Assembly (NCBI GenBank): GCA_035308365.1
Contig: DATGGU010000012.1
Coordinates: forward strand, 93,161-125,160
Length of the DNA: 32,000 nucleotides
Direction: 5' to 3'
From: Streptosporangiaceae bacterium
GTDB lineage: Bacteria; Actinomycetota; Actinomycetes; Streptosporangiales; Streptosporangiaceae
The translations under genes were made by a program, and so were the position numbers. Shown piece by piece: positions 1 through 8,521 of this stretch. Within the stretch, counting starts at the first letter, position 1. Each line of letters starts with the position of its first letter. The notes under the pieces are model-generated. The model saw only the letters and a list, made by a program, of their open reading frames with translations, was not told the origin of the DNA and did not search any database.

Positions 1-734
1 ACGAGCGGCAGGCCGAGGATCTCGTCGGCGGCCGGATCGACGCGGCGTGGAACTCCCCGCTGGCCTGGATTCGGGCGCGGCGGCTGGCCGACGCCGCGGG
101 AATCAAGCTGGAAGCCCTGGTCATGCGGGACACCGACCGGGATCTGCGGTCCCTGGTGGTCACCAAGGTGGGCTCGGGCATCGAGAACCTGTCCCAGCTC
201 GACGGCCGCACGATCGCCGTCGGCGCCGTCGACTCGCCGCAGGCCAACCTGCTGCCGGTGTCGCTGCTGCGCAAGAACGGCCTGATCCCTGGGGAGAACC
301 TGACCGTCCGGCGGTTCGACGTGGGCGTCGGGCTGCACGGCGACCACATCGGGGGCGAGCGGGATGCCGCCCGCGCGCTCATGGCCGGTGCGGTGGACGC
401 GGCCTGCATGATCGACGCGAACCACCTGCTGTTCTCCCGCGAGGGTGTGCTGCCGGCCGGATCGACCACGGTCATCGGCGAGACCGACCCCTTCGATCAC
501 TGCAACATGACGATCGGGCCGTCCGCCGACCCGGCGGAGGTGAGCCGGTTCCGCGAGCTTCTCCTAGCCATGTCCTACGACGACGCCACGCTGCGCCCGC
601 TGCTTGACCTGGAGGGCCTGAAGCTGTGGTGTCCCGGCCGCACCAGCGGGTATCAGGCGCTGGAGACGGCCGTTGACGAGATTGGCTTCTACGGAAGTGG
701 TGGTGATGTCCGCGCCAGCGACTATCGACCTTGA
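1..734 (+). CDS. PhnD/SsuA-like ABC-type substrate-binding protein (5' partial; open from the window edge)
   Basis: The frame is open from base 3 (ERQAEDLVGGRIDAAWNSPLAWIRARRLADAAG...) into the listed ORF at 123. Motifs such as 'LDGRTIAVGAVDSPQANLLPVSLLRKNGL' and 'GSTTVIGETDPFDHCNMTIGPSADP' resemble the phosphonate-binding-like fold. Confidence 0.75.
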   Translation, partial: ERQAEDLVGGRIDAAWNSPLAWIRARRLADAAGIKLEALVMRDTDRDLRSLVVTKVGSGIENLSQLDGRTIAVGAVDSPQANLLPVSLLRKNGLIPGENLTVRRFDVGVGLHGDHIGGERDAARALMAGAVDAACMIDANHLLFSREGVLPAGSTTVIGETDPFDHCNMTIGPSADPAEVSRFRELLLAMSYDDATLRPLLDLEGLKLWCPGRTSGYQALETAVDEIGFYGSGGDVRASDYRP

Positions 735-1893
735 GGATCTAGGCCTGGAGTCCGGAGGCCACCTGCTCGTGCAGCGTGGCCTCCGGGACCTTCCGGTCGG
801 CGGGCGGCTGTCCGTCCGCGGCCAGGATCCCGCACTGCGCACCCACCTGGGTGCCTGGTGCCGCAGCCAGGGTCACGGCATCGACCTGACCGGCGTAACA
901 CCCGTCGTGGTCAAGGGCTCGGCGAGCAGCGCACGCTGGCACCGCGCCGAACGGGCCGGCCGTCCTGACGTCAATGGAGTGGTGCCACGGGCGGACGTCC
1001 GCTGGGGCCTCGCGCCACGTGGCGCCCTGGTGGAAGAAGGTGGCCCGCCGCTCAACGTGGACCTCATCGACCAGGATGTGGTCTGGGCGGACGCGGCCAG
1101 GCAGCTCTATGTGAACGGCGCCGCCCGGCAGTGGAACCCCGATACCGCCATCGCCTGGGACGCCGAGTTCGAGCTGCCCGAAGAGATCGAGACCGCGGTC
1201 GTTCAGGTGATGACCTACCTGATCGAGAACGAGTACGCGGCGCTGCAGATACCGGCCAAGTTCATCGGGCGCCTGCACCCGCACTATCGCGAGGTGATGC
1301 AGGTTCTCTCGGTGCAGGTCGCCGACGAGGCCCGCCACGTCGAGGTGTTCACCAGACGGGCGCTGCTGCGTTCCAGCGAACTCGGCGTGTCCGGCGCCGG
1401 TGGCCGGGCTTCGCTGCAGACCCTGCTCGACGAGCCGGATTTCTCGCTCGCCGCCTTCCTGCTTTCGGTGCTCGGAGAGGGCAGCTTCCTGGATCTGCTG
1501 TCCTTCATCGCGCGGCACGCACCCGACCCGGTGACCCGTGAGGTGGCCAGCCTCGCCCAGCGGGACGAGCGCCGGCACGTGGCGTTCGGGATGGCGCACC
1601 TGAAATACGCGGTCGAGGCCGACCGGTCGATGCTCGGCCGGATGCGGATGGCGGCCGAGCGCCGGCATGACGCACTGGCCAGTACCGCGGGACTCAACCA
1701 GGACGTCTTCGATTCGCTGATCGTCCTGGCCGCGCATTCCTGGTCGCCCGCCGCGATCACCGACGGCTGGAGCGCCGTTCAGCAGTTGCAGTACGACATG
1801 GACCAGGGCCGGCAGCGCCGCCTGGCTCAGCTCGGCTTTCCCGCTGACGAGGCGACCGAACTGTCCGCGCTGCACACCCGCAACTTCATGTAG
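706..1893 (+). CDS. Ferritin-like di-iron domain protein with an N-terminal TusA-like segment
   Basis: N-terminus 'LRDLPVGGRLSVRGQDPALRTHLGAWCRSQGHGI' is TusA/SirA-like. The C-terminal part has di-iron motifs 'ENEYAALQ', 'DEARHVEVF', 'GEGSFLDLL' and 'DERRHVAFG'. ATG at 706 overlaps the upstream CDS. Confidence 0.7.
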   Translation: MSAPATIDLEDLGLESGGHLLVQRGLRDLPVGGRLSVRGQDPALRTHLGAWCRSQGHGIDLTGVTPVVVKGSASSARWHRAERAGRPDVNGVVPRADVRWGLAPRGALVEEGGPPLNVDLIDQDVVWADAARQLYVNGAARQWNPDTAIAWDAEFELPEEIETAVVQVMTYLIENEYAALQIPAKFIGRLHPHYREVMQVLSVQVADEARHVEVFTRRALLRSSELGVSGAGGRASLQTLLDEPDFSLAAFLLSVLGEGSFLDLLSFIARHAPDPVTREVASLAQRDERRHVAFGMAHLKYAVEADRSMLGRMRMAAERRHDALASTAGLNQDVFDSLIVLAAHSWSPAAITDGWSAVQQLQYDMDQGRQRRLAQLGFPADEATELSALHTRNFM

Positions 1894-1903
1894 GCAGATG
1901 GAT

Positions 1904-1933
1904 GGGGGCCGGCCGCCATAGCGGCCGGCCCCC
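1904..1933. terminator. Perfect 13-bp GC hairpin between convergent genes
   Basis: GGGGGCCGGCCGC-CATA-GCGGCCGGCCCCC lies between the stop at 1893 and the convergent stop at 1948. Confidence 0.75.
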
Positions 1934-1947
1934 GAGCGTGCCGGGCG

Positions 1948-3651
1948 TCAATCGCTGTGCTGGCCGAGTTCCGCGTGGTTCAGCCACCGGCCGAGGGCCC
2001 GCAGCGAGTAGGTGTGCGCGATGAGGTCGTCGCTGTAGTTCATCTGGTCGTAGTAGAGCCCGACCGCGGCCGGCCGCCATGTTCCCGCGCTGTCCTGCTG
2101 GGTGACCAGCCAGTCCACCGCCCGGACAACCTGGTCGTCCCACGGCGGCAGGCCGGCCCGCAGCAGCGCGTACAGAGCCCAGCCCGTTTCCTCGGCGGTG
2201 CCGCCATCCGGCCCCTCGGTGGCTGTCATCGGCCAGGAGCCATCCGGCCGCTGGGTGGCCCGCAGCCACTGCCGGGCACGGGTGGCCACCGGATCGGTCA
2301 GCCGGCCGAACTCCGCGTACGTCTCCAGCACCTTGGCGGTGCCATGGGTGCGGTCCCTGAACCACAGCGACGGGATGCCACCGTCGGCACCCTGCTCGGT
2401 CTCGAAGTACCTGAACGCCCGCTCGACCGGCGACCGCGGGCCGCCGCCGCCGGCGCCGAACCGGCGCAGCGCACTGATCACGTGAGCGGTGACACCGGCG
2501 CACGGCCCGTCGTGGATCATGGATGAATTCCGCACCCACTCCGACCATGAGCCGTCCTTGTTCTGCCGGGACAGCAGCCAGCGCAGGCCAGCCTTGATCG
2601 CCGGGTGCTCCGCGGGGACGCCGAGCATGCCCAGGGTGGACATGACGACCGCGGTGTCCTCCGATTCGGGCCAGCCGGTCGGGTTGGCCCAGGACCAGCC
2701 GCCGGCGGGCAGCCTGAGCGCGTCGAAGGGCTCCGTCCATTGCGCCGAGAGCAGCCAGTCCCTGGTGGCCACCAGCCGCTCGTCAGCACTGACATCCGCA
2801 CGTTCGGCCAGGGCGGCCACGGCGTAGCCGGTCACCGCCAGTTCCAGGTCCCGGTCGATCGCCCACGATCCGTCCGGCCGCTGCGTCGCCAGCAGGTAGT
2901 CCAGGCAGCCGCGCTGGATGTCCGCGCCGATATCCGGGCCGGCCAGGCTGAGGCCCAGGTAGACCAGTGCGGCCATCAGCGGGCACTCTTCCATCCCGCC
3001 GTTGCTCCCCTGAACGGCGCGCAGCCAGGCCAGGCCCTTGGGCTCGGCCAGCCGGCGGGCGATCCTGGCCGGCCTGCTGAGCTTCATGACCCGCGACTGC
3101 CAGGCGCCCAGCCCGATGACCCCGGGCAGCGCGATCGACGCCCGGTTGCGGAACCTGGCCGGAAGCAGCATCACCTCGATGGGCTGGACCGGCTGATCAT
3201 CGGCGTCACGCAGCCCGGCCATCGCCCAGACGATCGCCACAAGCTCCCGCCATGTCCTGATGTTCGGCAGGATCGCGGCCTCGCCGCCGCTGGCTTCGAT
3301 GAACTTCGTGCCTTCGCCGATGCACCGCCTCGAACCGGCCGGATCAAGGGACTTCAGCGCGGCCAGCGCGAACGCCGTGACGCTCGGATCGCCGGGCGGA
3401 TCGCTGTCCGCCATGCCCCAGCCGCCATCGGACTGCTGGCTGGCCCGCAGCCAGCCGAGCCCGGCCTCGATCTTGTCCTGGTACGCGGCGCGATCCGCCT
3501 GGGCCAGGGCCAGCAGCCCGATCGCCGTCGGCATCGCGGAGGATGAGAGCCGGTCGGTCCAGCCACCATCCCCCCGCTGCTGGGCGTAGAGCAGGCCGGT
3601 GGCGGCGGCAACCGCTTCGGTTGCCCTCTTGTGCAGGTTGCGGCGTTCCAT
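1948..3651 (-). CDS. Squalene-hopene cyclase-like class II terpene cyclase with divergent acid motif
   Basis: 567 aa with repeated QW-type motifs (QRGDGGW, QQSDGGW, QRPDGSW, QNKDGSW, QRPDGSW, QDSAGTW). 'WPESEDTAVVMSTLG' aligns with the usual 'xxDxDDTA' active-site motif. Confidence 0.85.
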   Translation of the reverse strand: MERRNLHKRATEAVAAATGLLYAQQRGDGGWTDRLSSSAMPTAIGLLALAQADRAAYQDKIEAGLGWLRASQQSDGGWGMADSDPPGDPSVTAFALAALKSLDPAGSRRCIGEGTKFIEASGGEAAILPNIRTWRELVAIVWAMAGLRDADDQPVQPIEVMLLPARFRNRASIALPGVIGLGAWQSRVMKLSRPARIARRLAEPKGLAWLRAVQGSNGGMEECPLMAALVYLGLSLAGPDIGADIQRGCLDYLLATQRPDGSWAIDRDLELAVTGYAVAALAERADVSADERLVATRDWLLSAQWTEPFDALRLPAGGWSWANPTGWPESEDTAVVMSTLGMLGVPAEHPAIKAGLRWLLSRQNKDGSWSEWVRNSSMIHDGPCAGVTAHVISALRRFGAGGGGPRSPVERAFRYFETEQGADGGIPSLWFRDRTHGTAKVLETYAEFGRLTDPVATRARQWLRATQRPDGSWPMTATEGPDGGTAEETGWALYALLRAGLPPWDDQVVRAVDWLVTQQDSAGTWRPAAVGLYYDQMNYSDDLIAHTYSLRALGRWLNHAELGQHSD

Positions 3652-3678
3652 AGCCGGCTCCTCCGGAGTGCGTCGTCG

Positions 3679-4725
3679 TCAGTTCTGGACGACCTGGTTT
3701 CTGCGCTTCACCCGGCTCGGTTCGTAGCTCTGCCGCATCATCACGATGGACGCCACCAGCCAGGCCCCCGCGGACGGTATGAGCAGCACCACGGCGATCC
3801 ACACGTTGCTCACGGCGGCGACGAATCCGGAGGTCAGGACCAGCCGCTCCACCACGATGATCTCGTGTGAGCGCAACGAGGTCAGCCGGGGTATCGGCCG
3901 CGGTGCGTGAATCAGCATGAGACCCGAGACCAGGCTCATCGCCACGGAGGCGGCCAGGAAGGGGACGTATCCGGCGAGGTGGAAGCGCGCGCCGAGGGTG
4001 AGCGGATAGCCGGCCGCCAGGCCCAGCCAGCCGAGGTCGAACGTGAGCAGCAACCACAGGGCCGGGGTGTCGCCGTGACGCACCGGGAACGTGCGGTAGC
4101 CACCGCTCCGGTCGCCGTCCCGGTCGCAGATGGCACCTATGACATTCGACCCGGAGTCGTGCAGCCAGAAGATCAGGGCGATCGGCAGCAGCCTGGGCTG
4201 CAGTGCGTGGCTGGTGGCCAGCGTGCCGTGGATAAAGGCCATGGCCGTCACCCCGCCGCGGACCAGATTGCCCCAAATGCCGTGCGCCTTAAAGTACTTG
4301 CTGTACGAGACGCCAAGCGTGAGGGCGGCAAGGACGACAAAGAAGTTCAATGGGTTCAGCAGAACCGCAATGACCATTCCGAGCAGCACGCAGACGACCA
4401 TGCCTGCGAATGCCTCCCAGGGCTTTACCCGGCCAGACGGCACCGGCCGCTGGGGCTTGGTTTTGGTATCCAGATCGCGGTCGAAATAGTCGCCACCATA
4501 CATGGCGGCGACCCAGCCGAGACTGGGTGCCAGCCAGGTTCCGATCAATCGCAGGGCAGGCCTGTCGCCCGACGCGAGCAGCGCGCCGGACACGCTGACC
4601 AAGCCGGTGTAAGAGAACAGGTCGAGCCGCCATATCTCGACATGCGCCACCAATCGGTCCCGCAGCTTGAGCCGTGGTTGCCCGGCGGCGAAGCCCGCGT
4701 CAGCACGGCCATAGGGAGACCTCAC
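3679..4725 (-). CDS. UbiA-family prenyltransferase (or UbiA-type terpene cyclase), membrane protein
   Basis: Two Asp-rich motifs, 'GGDYFDRDLDTKTKPQRPVPSG' and 'CDRDGDRSGGYRTFPVRHG', with multiple TM segments. A GTG start near 4725 is likely. The listed 1051-aa ORF is an over-extension antisense to senA. Confidence 0.85.
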   Translation of the reverse strand: MRSPYGRADAGFAAGQPRLKLRDRLVAHVEIWRLDLFSYTGLVSVSGALLASGDRPALRLIGTWLAPSLGWVAAMYGGDYFDRDLDTKTKPQRPVPSGRVKPWEAFAGMVVCVLLGMVIAVLLNPLNFFVVLAALTLGVSYSKYFKAHGIWGNLVRGGVTAMAFIHGTLATSHALQPRLLPIALIFWLHDSGSNVIGAICDRDGDRSGGYRTFPVRHGDTPALWLLLTFDLGWLGLAAGYPLTLGARFHLAGYVPFLAASVAMSLVSGLMLIHAPRPIPRLTSLRSHEIIVVERLVLTSGFVAAVSNVWIAVVLLIPSAGAWLVASIVMMRQSYEPSRVKRRNQVVQN

Positions 4726-4941
4726 AGTCACGACAGCGTTCCTCTCGGTTTGTCGGCATGCGTGTTCGCGGCCTGCGCGGACGAGGAGGAGGCAGAGCGC
4801 TCGGGTAGGGTCAGGTTTGCACGGAGTCTGGGAAAAGTGAAGTTGCACCCTGTTTATGTGCGGCAATGGCGACAACCGGTCTTTAGCCGCGGCCAAACGG
4901 GGAACTTCGCTTTTTATGGGATCGAGCGAAGGGGTGACGGC

Positions 4942-6237
4942 ATGCGAGCAATAACCCAGAGCGCGGAGCAGTTGGCCGGCTGGGTCATCGACGGCTGCCA
5001 GCGGACGCTGGATCTGGTGGCGGACCTGGACGACGAGCAGATGGTGGGCCCACTGCTGCCCACGGTAAATCCCCTGCTGTGGGAGATCGCCCACCTGGCC
5101 TGGTTCCAGGAGAAGTTCGTCCTCCGCCAGGCCTGCGGCCAGCCGCCGATCCTGAGCTTCGGGGACGCCCTGTACGACTCGGGGGCGATCCCGCACGACA
5201 CCAGGTGGCGGCTGGCGCTGCCGTCCCGCGAACAGACCGCCAGTTACATGCGCGAAGTGGCCGACCGGGTGGCGCAGGAGGTGCTGCGCCCGGACGCGAC
5301 CGACGTGGTGCGGCACTTCGCCCGGTACACCGTGCACCACTACGACATGCATACCGAGGCGCTGACATACACCAGGCAGACCCTGGGATTCCCGCCTCCC
5401 GTGCTGCCCGGGTCCACCGGCACACCGCAGGCGGCAGCCCTTCCCCGGGCGGGCGGACTGCCCGGGGACGTCGAGTTGCCGGGGGGGCGGTTCCTGCTCG
5501 GAGCCCTGCTGAGCGACCCGTTCGTCTACGACAACGAGAAATGGGCCCACCAGGTCGAGATCGCCCCGTTCGCCATCGCCCGGGCGCCGGTCACACAGGC
5601 CGAGTTCGCCGCGTTCGCCGACGACGGCGGCTATGCCGACACCAGGTGGTGGTCCGATGGTGGCGCCTGGCTGGGGGCCACCGGGGCGAAGCACCCGGTG
5701 TACTGGCGGCGCGACGGCGGCGGCTGGCAGCGCCGGCATTTCGACACCTGGGTGGACCTCGAGCCGCACCAGCCGGTGAGCCACGTGTGCTGGTGGGAGG
5801 CGGACGCGTACTGCCGCTGGGCGGGCCGCCGGCTGCCGACGGAGGCCGAGTGGGAGTACGCCGCAACCGGCGATCTCAAGCCGAGGCCCGTCTACCCCTG
5901 GGGTGATGCCGAGCCGGGCGCCGGGCACGCCGTGACCGACTGGCGCTGGTTCGGCCAGGCCGACGTCGCCGCCTGCGCCGAGGGGGACAGCCCGGCAGGC
6001 TGCCGGCAGATGATCGGCAACGTGTGGGAGTGGACGGCCAGCGACTTCACCGCCTACCCCAACTTCGAGCGGGACGCCTACTTCGAGAACTCCGAGCAGT
6101 TCTTCGGCCAGCGTAAGGTGCTGCGCGGGGGAGCCTGGGCGACCAGGGGCCGCCTGCTGCGGTCCACGTTGCGCAACTACTTCACCCACGAGCGCAGGGA
6201 TGTCGTGGCCGGCTTGCGCACCTGTGCGCCCCGCTGA
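4942..6237 (+). CDS. senA: SenA-like selenoneine synthase / EgtB-family non-heme iron enzyme (DinB_2 + FGE-sulfatase domain)
   Basis: 'HLAWFQEKFVLR' and 'HHYDMHTEAL' supply putative iron-binding His residues. FGE domain: 'DNEKWAHQVEIAPFAIARAPVTQAEF', 'LPTEAEWEYA', 'GNVWEWTAS', 'KVLRGGAWATR'. It is directly followed by a senB-type gene. Confidence 0.82.
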   Translation: MRAITQSAEQLAGWVIDGCQRTLDLVADLDDEQMVGPLLPTVNPLLWEIAHLAWFQEKFVLRQACGQPPILSFGDALYDSGAIPHDTRWRLALPSREQTASYMREVADRVAQEVLRPDATDVVRHFARYTVHHYDMHTEALTYTRQTLGFPPPVLPGSTGTPQAAALPRAGGLPGDVELPGGRFLLGALLSDPFVYDNEKWAHQVEIAPFAIARAPVTQAEFAAFADDGGYADTRWWSDGGAWLGATGAKHPVYWRRDGGGWQRRHFDTWVDLEPHQPVSHVCWWEADAYCRWAGRRLPTEAEWEYAATGDLKPRPVYPWGDAEPGAGHAVTDWRWFGQADVAACAEGDSPAGCRQMIGNVWEWTASDFTAYPNFERDAYFENSEQFFGQRKVLRGGAWATRGRLLRSTLRNYFTHERRDVVAGLRTCAPR

Positions 6238-6246
6238 CGGCCGGAC

Positions 6247-7257
6247 ATGATTCTGCTCGTCAGCCCGGCCGCCGCCGACAGCACGACCGGCAACGGAGTC
6301 ACCGCGCGCCGCTGGGCGGGTTTTCTGCGCGAGCTGGGCCACCAGGTGGAGCTGAGCCGCGAATACCGCGGCGGCGGCTACGACGCACTGCTCGCGCTGC
6401 ACGCCCGCAAGAGCGCGGACGCCATCCGCGCCTTCCGGGCCAGCCATCCGGGTACCCCGGTGGTGCTCGCCCTGACCGGGACGGATCTCTATCCCGACCT
6501 CGCCACCGCCGGTGTGGATCCGGAGGTGCTGGCCATGGCCGACCGGCTGGTGCTGCTGCAGCCACGTGGCCTGGATCAGCTCGATCCGGCCACGCGGGAA
6601 AGGGCCCGGGTGATCGTGCAGTCGGTGCCCCCGATCGAGCGGAAACCGCCGCGGGCCGGCTGCTTCGAGGTGGCCTTCCTGGCTCATCTCCGGCCGGTTA
6701 AGGACCCGCTGCGGCCGGCCGAAGCGGTGCGCGAGCTGCCAGCCGGGTCCCGGATCCGGGTCACTCACCTCGGTGCAGCCCAGGACGCCGAACTCGGCGC
6801 CGCGGCGGCGGCCGAGTCGGCCGCGAACCCGCACTATGACTGGCTCGGCCCAAGGCCACGGAAGGAGGCACTGGACCTGCTGGCCCGCAGCCGCCTGCTC
6901 GTGCTGACCTCACGGCACGAAGGCGGCGCCAACGTCATCTCCGAGGCGCTGGCCGCCAGGCTGCCCATTGTCTGCTCGGCGATCCCGGGCTCGGTCGGGC
7001 TCCTTGGCGAGGACTATCCCGGCTACTTCCCGGTCGGCGACGGCGGCGCCCTCGCCCGTGCGCTGTATGACGCGGAGCAGGACACCGGCGGCTACTACGG
7101 CGCGTTGCGCGAGCACTGCGCCTCGCTGGCCGGCCTGGTCGACCCCGAACGTGAACGCCGTGCCTGGGCCGGCCTGCTGGCCGAGCTGGCCCTGCCGGCC
7201 AGCGGGTTCGCAGACTTATTCAAAACCAGCCCGGCAGCCTTGACGCCAGGTTCGTGA
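6247..7257 (+). CDS. senB: SenB-like selenosugar synthase (GT-B glycosyltransferase family)
   Basis: 'DSTTGNGVTARRWAGFLRELGHQVEL', 'YDALLALHARKSADAIRAFRASHPGTPVVLALTGTDLYPDL', 'ADRLVLLQPRGL' and 'LLVLTSRHEGGANVISEAL' match the SenB-type pattern. The gene begins 9 bp after senA. Confidence 0.85.
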   Translation: MILLVSPAAADSTTGNGVTARRWAGFLRELGHQVELSREYRGGGYDALLALHARKSADAIRAFRASHPGTPVVLALTGTDLYPDLATAGVDPEVLAMADRLVLLQPRGLDQLDPATRERARVIVQSVPPIERKPPRAGCFEVAFLAHLRPVKDPLRPAEAVRELPAGSRIRVTHLGAAQDAELGAAAAAESAANPHYDWLGPRPRKEALDLLARSRLLVLTSRHEGGANVISEALAARLPIVCSAIPGSVGLLGEDYPGYFPVGDGGALARALYDAEQDTGGYYGALREHCASLAGLVDPERERRAWAGLLAELALPASGFADLFKTSPAALTPGS

Positions 7258-7296
7258 GCCGCGGTAGCTGGCTGCTCACCAGCGGTTCTGAATAAG
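7215..7296. terminator. Imperfect inverted repeat at the senB/prenyl-synthase convergent junction; possible bidirectional terminator
   Basis: CTTATTCAAAACC (7215-7227) pairs with GGTTCTGAATAAG (7284-7296) at 12/13 positions and encloses a smaller GCTGG...CCAGC hairpin. Confidence 0.35.
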
Positions 7297-7300
7297 CCTC

Positions 7301-8332
7301 TCAGTAGCTGCGGCCGACGGCCAGGTCGGTGAGGATGCTGAGCCGGTCGCGGCTCGGGCTGGGTGGCAGTTGGTCGAGGGCTGCCCGTGACTGCTTCGCG
7401 TACTGCCGGGCCATCTCGGTGGCCGCGCAGATCGCGCCGGTGCGGTCCAGGATCTCGCGCACGACCGCCAGGACCGGCCCGGCATCGCCGGGACCGAACA
7501 GGGCGTCGCTGATGAGCTGCCGGTCCGCCGGGGTTGCGGTGGAGCAGGCCAGGATGATCGGCAAGGTCGGGCGCCCGTTCTTCACGTCGCTGGCCTGCGG
7601 CTTGCCCATGACCTCAGTGTCGCTGACATAGGGGAGCAGGTCGTCATACATCTGGAAGGCAAGGCCGAGGGACTCACCGAAGTCGCACAGCGCGTCCACC
7701 AGGTTGGGTGGCCCGCCGCCAAGCAGGGCGCCGCTCTTGCACGCGCCGCGGAACAGCGCCGCGGTCTTCAGGCTGATCATCAGCAGATAGGCATCCAGGT
7801 CCAGGCTGCGGTCGCGGTGCAACTCCGCTTCCATGCTCTGCCCCCGGCACAGATCCAGGCCGGCCTGGGCCACCGCCTCCAGCGCCGCGACCACCCGGGC
7901 GGCGGGCACCCCGCTGTGGTGGCACTCGGCCAGGCCGGCGAACAGGTCGAAGATCAGCGCATCGCCGGCGATGATCGCGTCGGCGATCCCGTATGCGCAC
8001 TGCACGGAGGGCCGGCCGCGGCGCAGGTCGTCACCGTCGATGATGTCGTCGTGGATCAGGCTCGCGACGTGGCCACATTCGGCGCCGACGGCGGCCGGGA
8101 GAACCGCGGTGGCGCTGCCACCCACCGCGAGAGCGGCTTCGAGCAGCAGCGACGGCCGGAAGAGCTTGCCGGTCGGGACCAGCGCGTAGTGGCAGATCGA
8201 GGCCAGCAGCCCGGGCCGGCCGGTCCAGCGGGTTTCGAGCGCGCCCCCGACCAGCGAGGTCGTGGTTTCACCGGCGGCGATGCAGTCGTCGTGCTGCTGC
8301 CGAATCCCGGTCTCCAGCGTGCCATCCGTCAT
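7301..8332 (-). CDS. Polyprenyl (GGPP-type) diphosphate synthase
   Basis: 'GKLFRPSLLLEAA', first Asp-rich motif 'LIHDDIIDGDDLRRGRPSV', second region 'FQMYDDLLPYVSD' and 'DVKNGRPTLPIILA'. Confidence 0.9.
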   Translation of the reverse strand: MTDGTLETGIRQQHDDCIAAGETTTSLVGGALETRWTGRPGLLASICHYALVPTGKLFRPSLLLEAALAVGGSATAVLPAAVGAECGHVASLIHDDIIDGDDLRRGRPSVQCAYGIADAIIAGDALIFDLFAGLAECHHSGVPAARVVAALEAVAQAGLDLCRGQSMEAELHRDRSLDLDAYLLMISLKTAALFRGACKSGALLGGGPPNLVDALCDFGESLGLAFQMYDDLLPYVSDTEVMGKPQASDVKNGRPTLPIILACSTATPADRQLISDALFGPGDAGPVLAVVREILDRTGAICAATEMARQYAKQSRAALDQLPPSPSRDRLSILTDLAVGRSY

Positions 8333-8411
8333 CGCTGCTCACTCCCGCCCATGGTGCTGCCTGGGCGCACGCATCCATTGCTGGCTGCAGGATTCATCGT
8401 CAAACTCCAAA

Positions 8412-8443
8412 GGTCTTTATGATCACCGGTCTTTATGATCACC
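8412..8443. repeat. Perfect 16-bp tandem duplication upstream of the prenyl synthase
   Basis: GGTCTTTATGATCACC GGTCTTTATGATCACC, about 80 bp upstream of the minus-strand start at 8332. Confidence 0.9.
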
Positions 8444-8521
8444 GCAGAAATGACCCGATGGGCGCTTGACGCTAGCAGTTGAAACGCCGCGGAGAAAGAG
8501 CTTGACTGACAGTCGACAATC

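Noticed and set aside
3907-4941. N-terminal extension of the 776-aa plus-strand ORF ahead of senA
   Set aside because: It is antisense to UbiA and has no domain-like sequence. The SenA-like protein starts naturally at ATG 4942 (MRAITQSAEQLAGW).
4942-6237. Naming this gene egtB (ergothioneine)
   Set aside because: An EgtB family role is possible from the domains alone, but the immediately adjacent SenB-type gene and absence of egtC/egtD neighbours favour SenA. EgtB remains the main alternative.
3679-6834. 1051-aa minus-strand ORF across UbiA and the senA/senB region
   Set aside because: Only the 3' third (3679-4725) looks like a real protein (UbiA). The remainder is antisense to clearly conserved senA/senB coding and is low-complexity, a GC-rich spurious extension.
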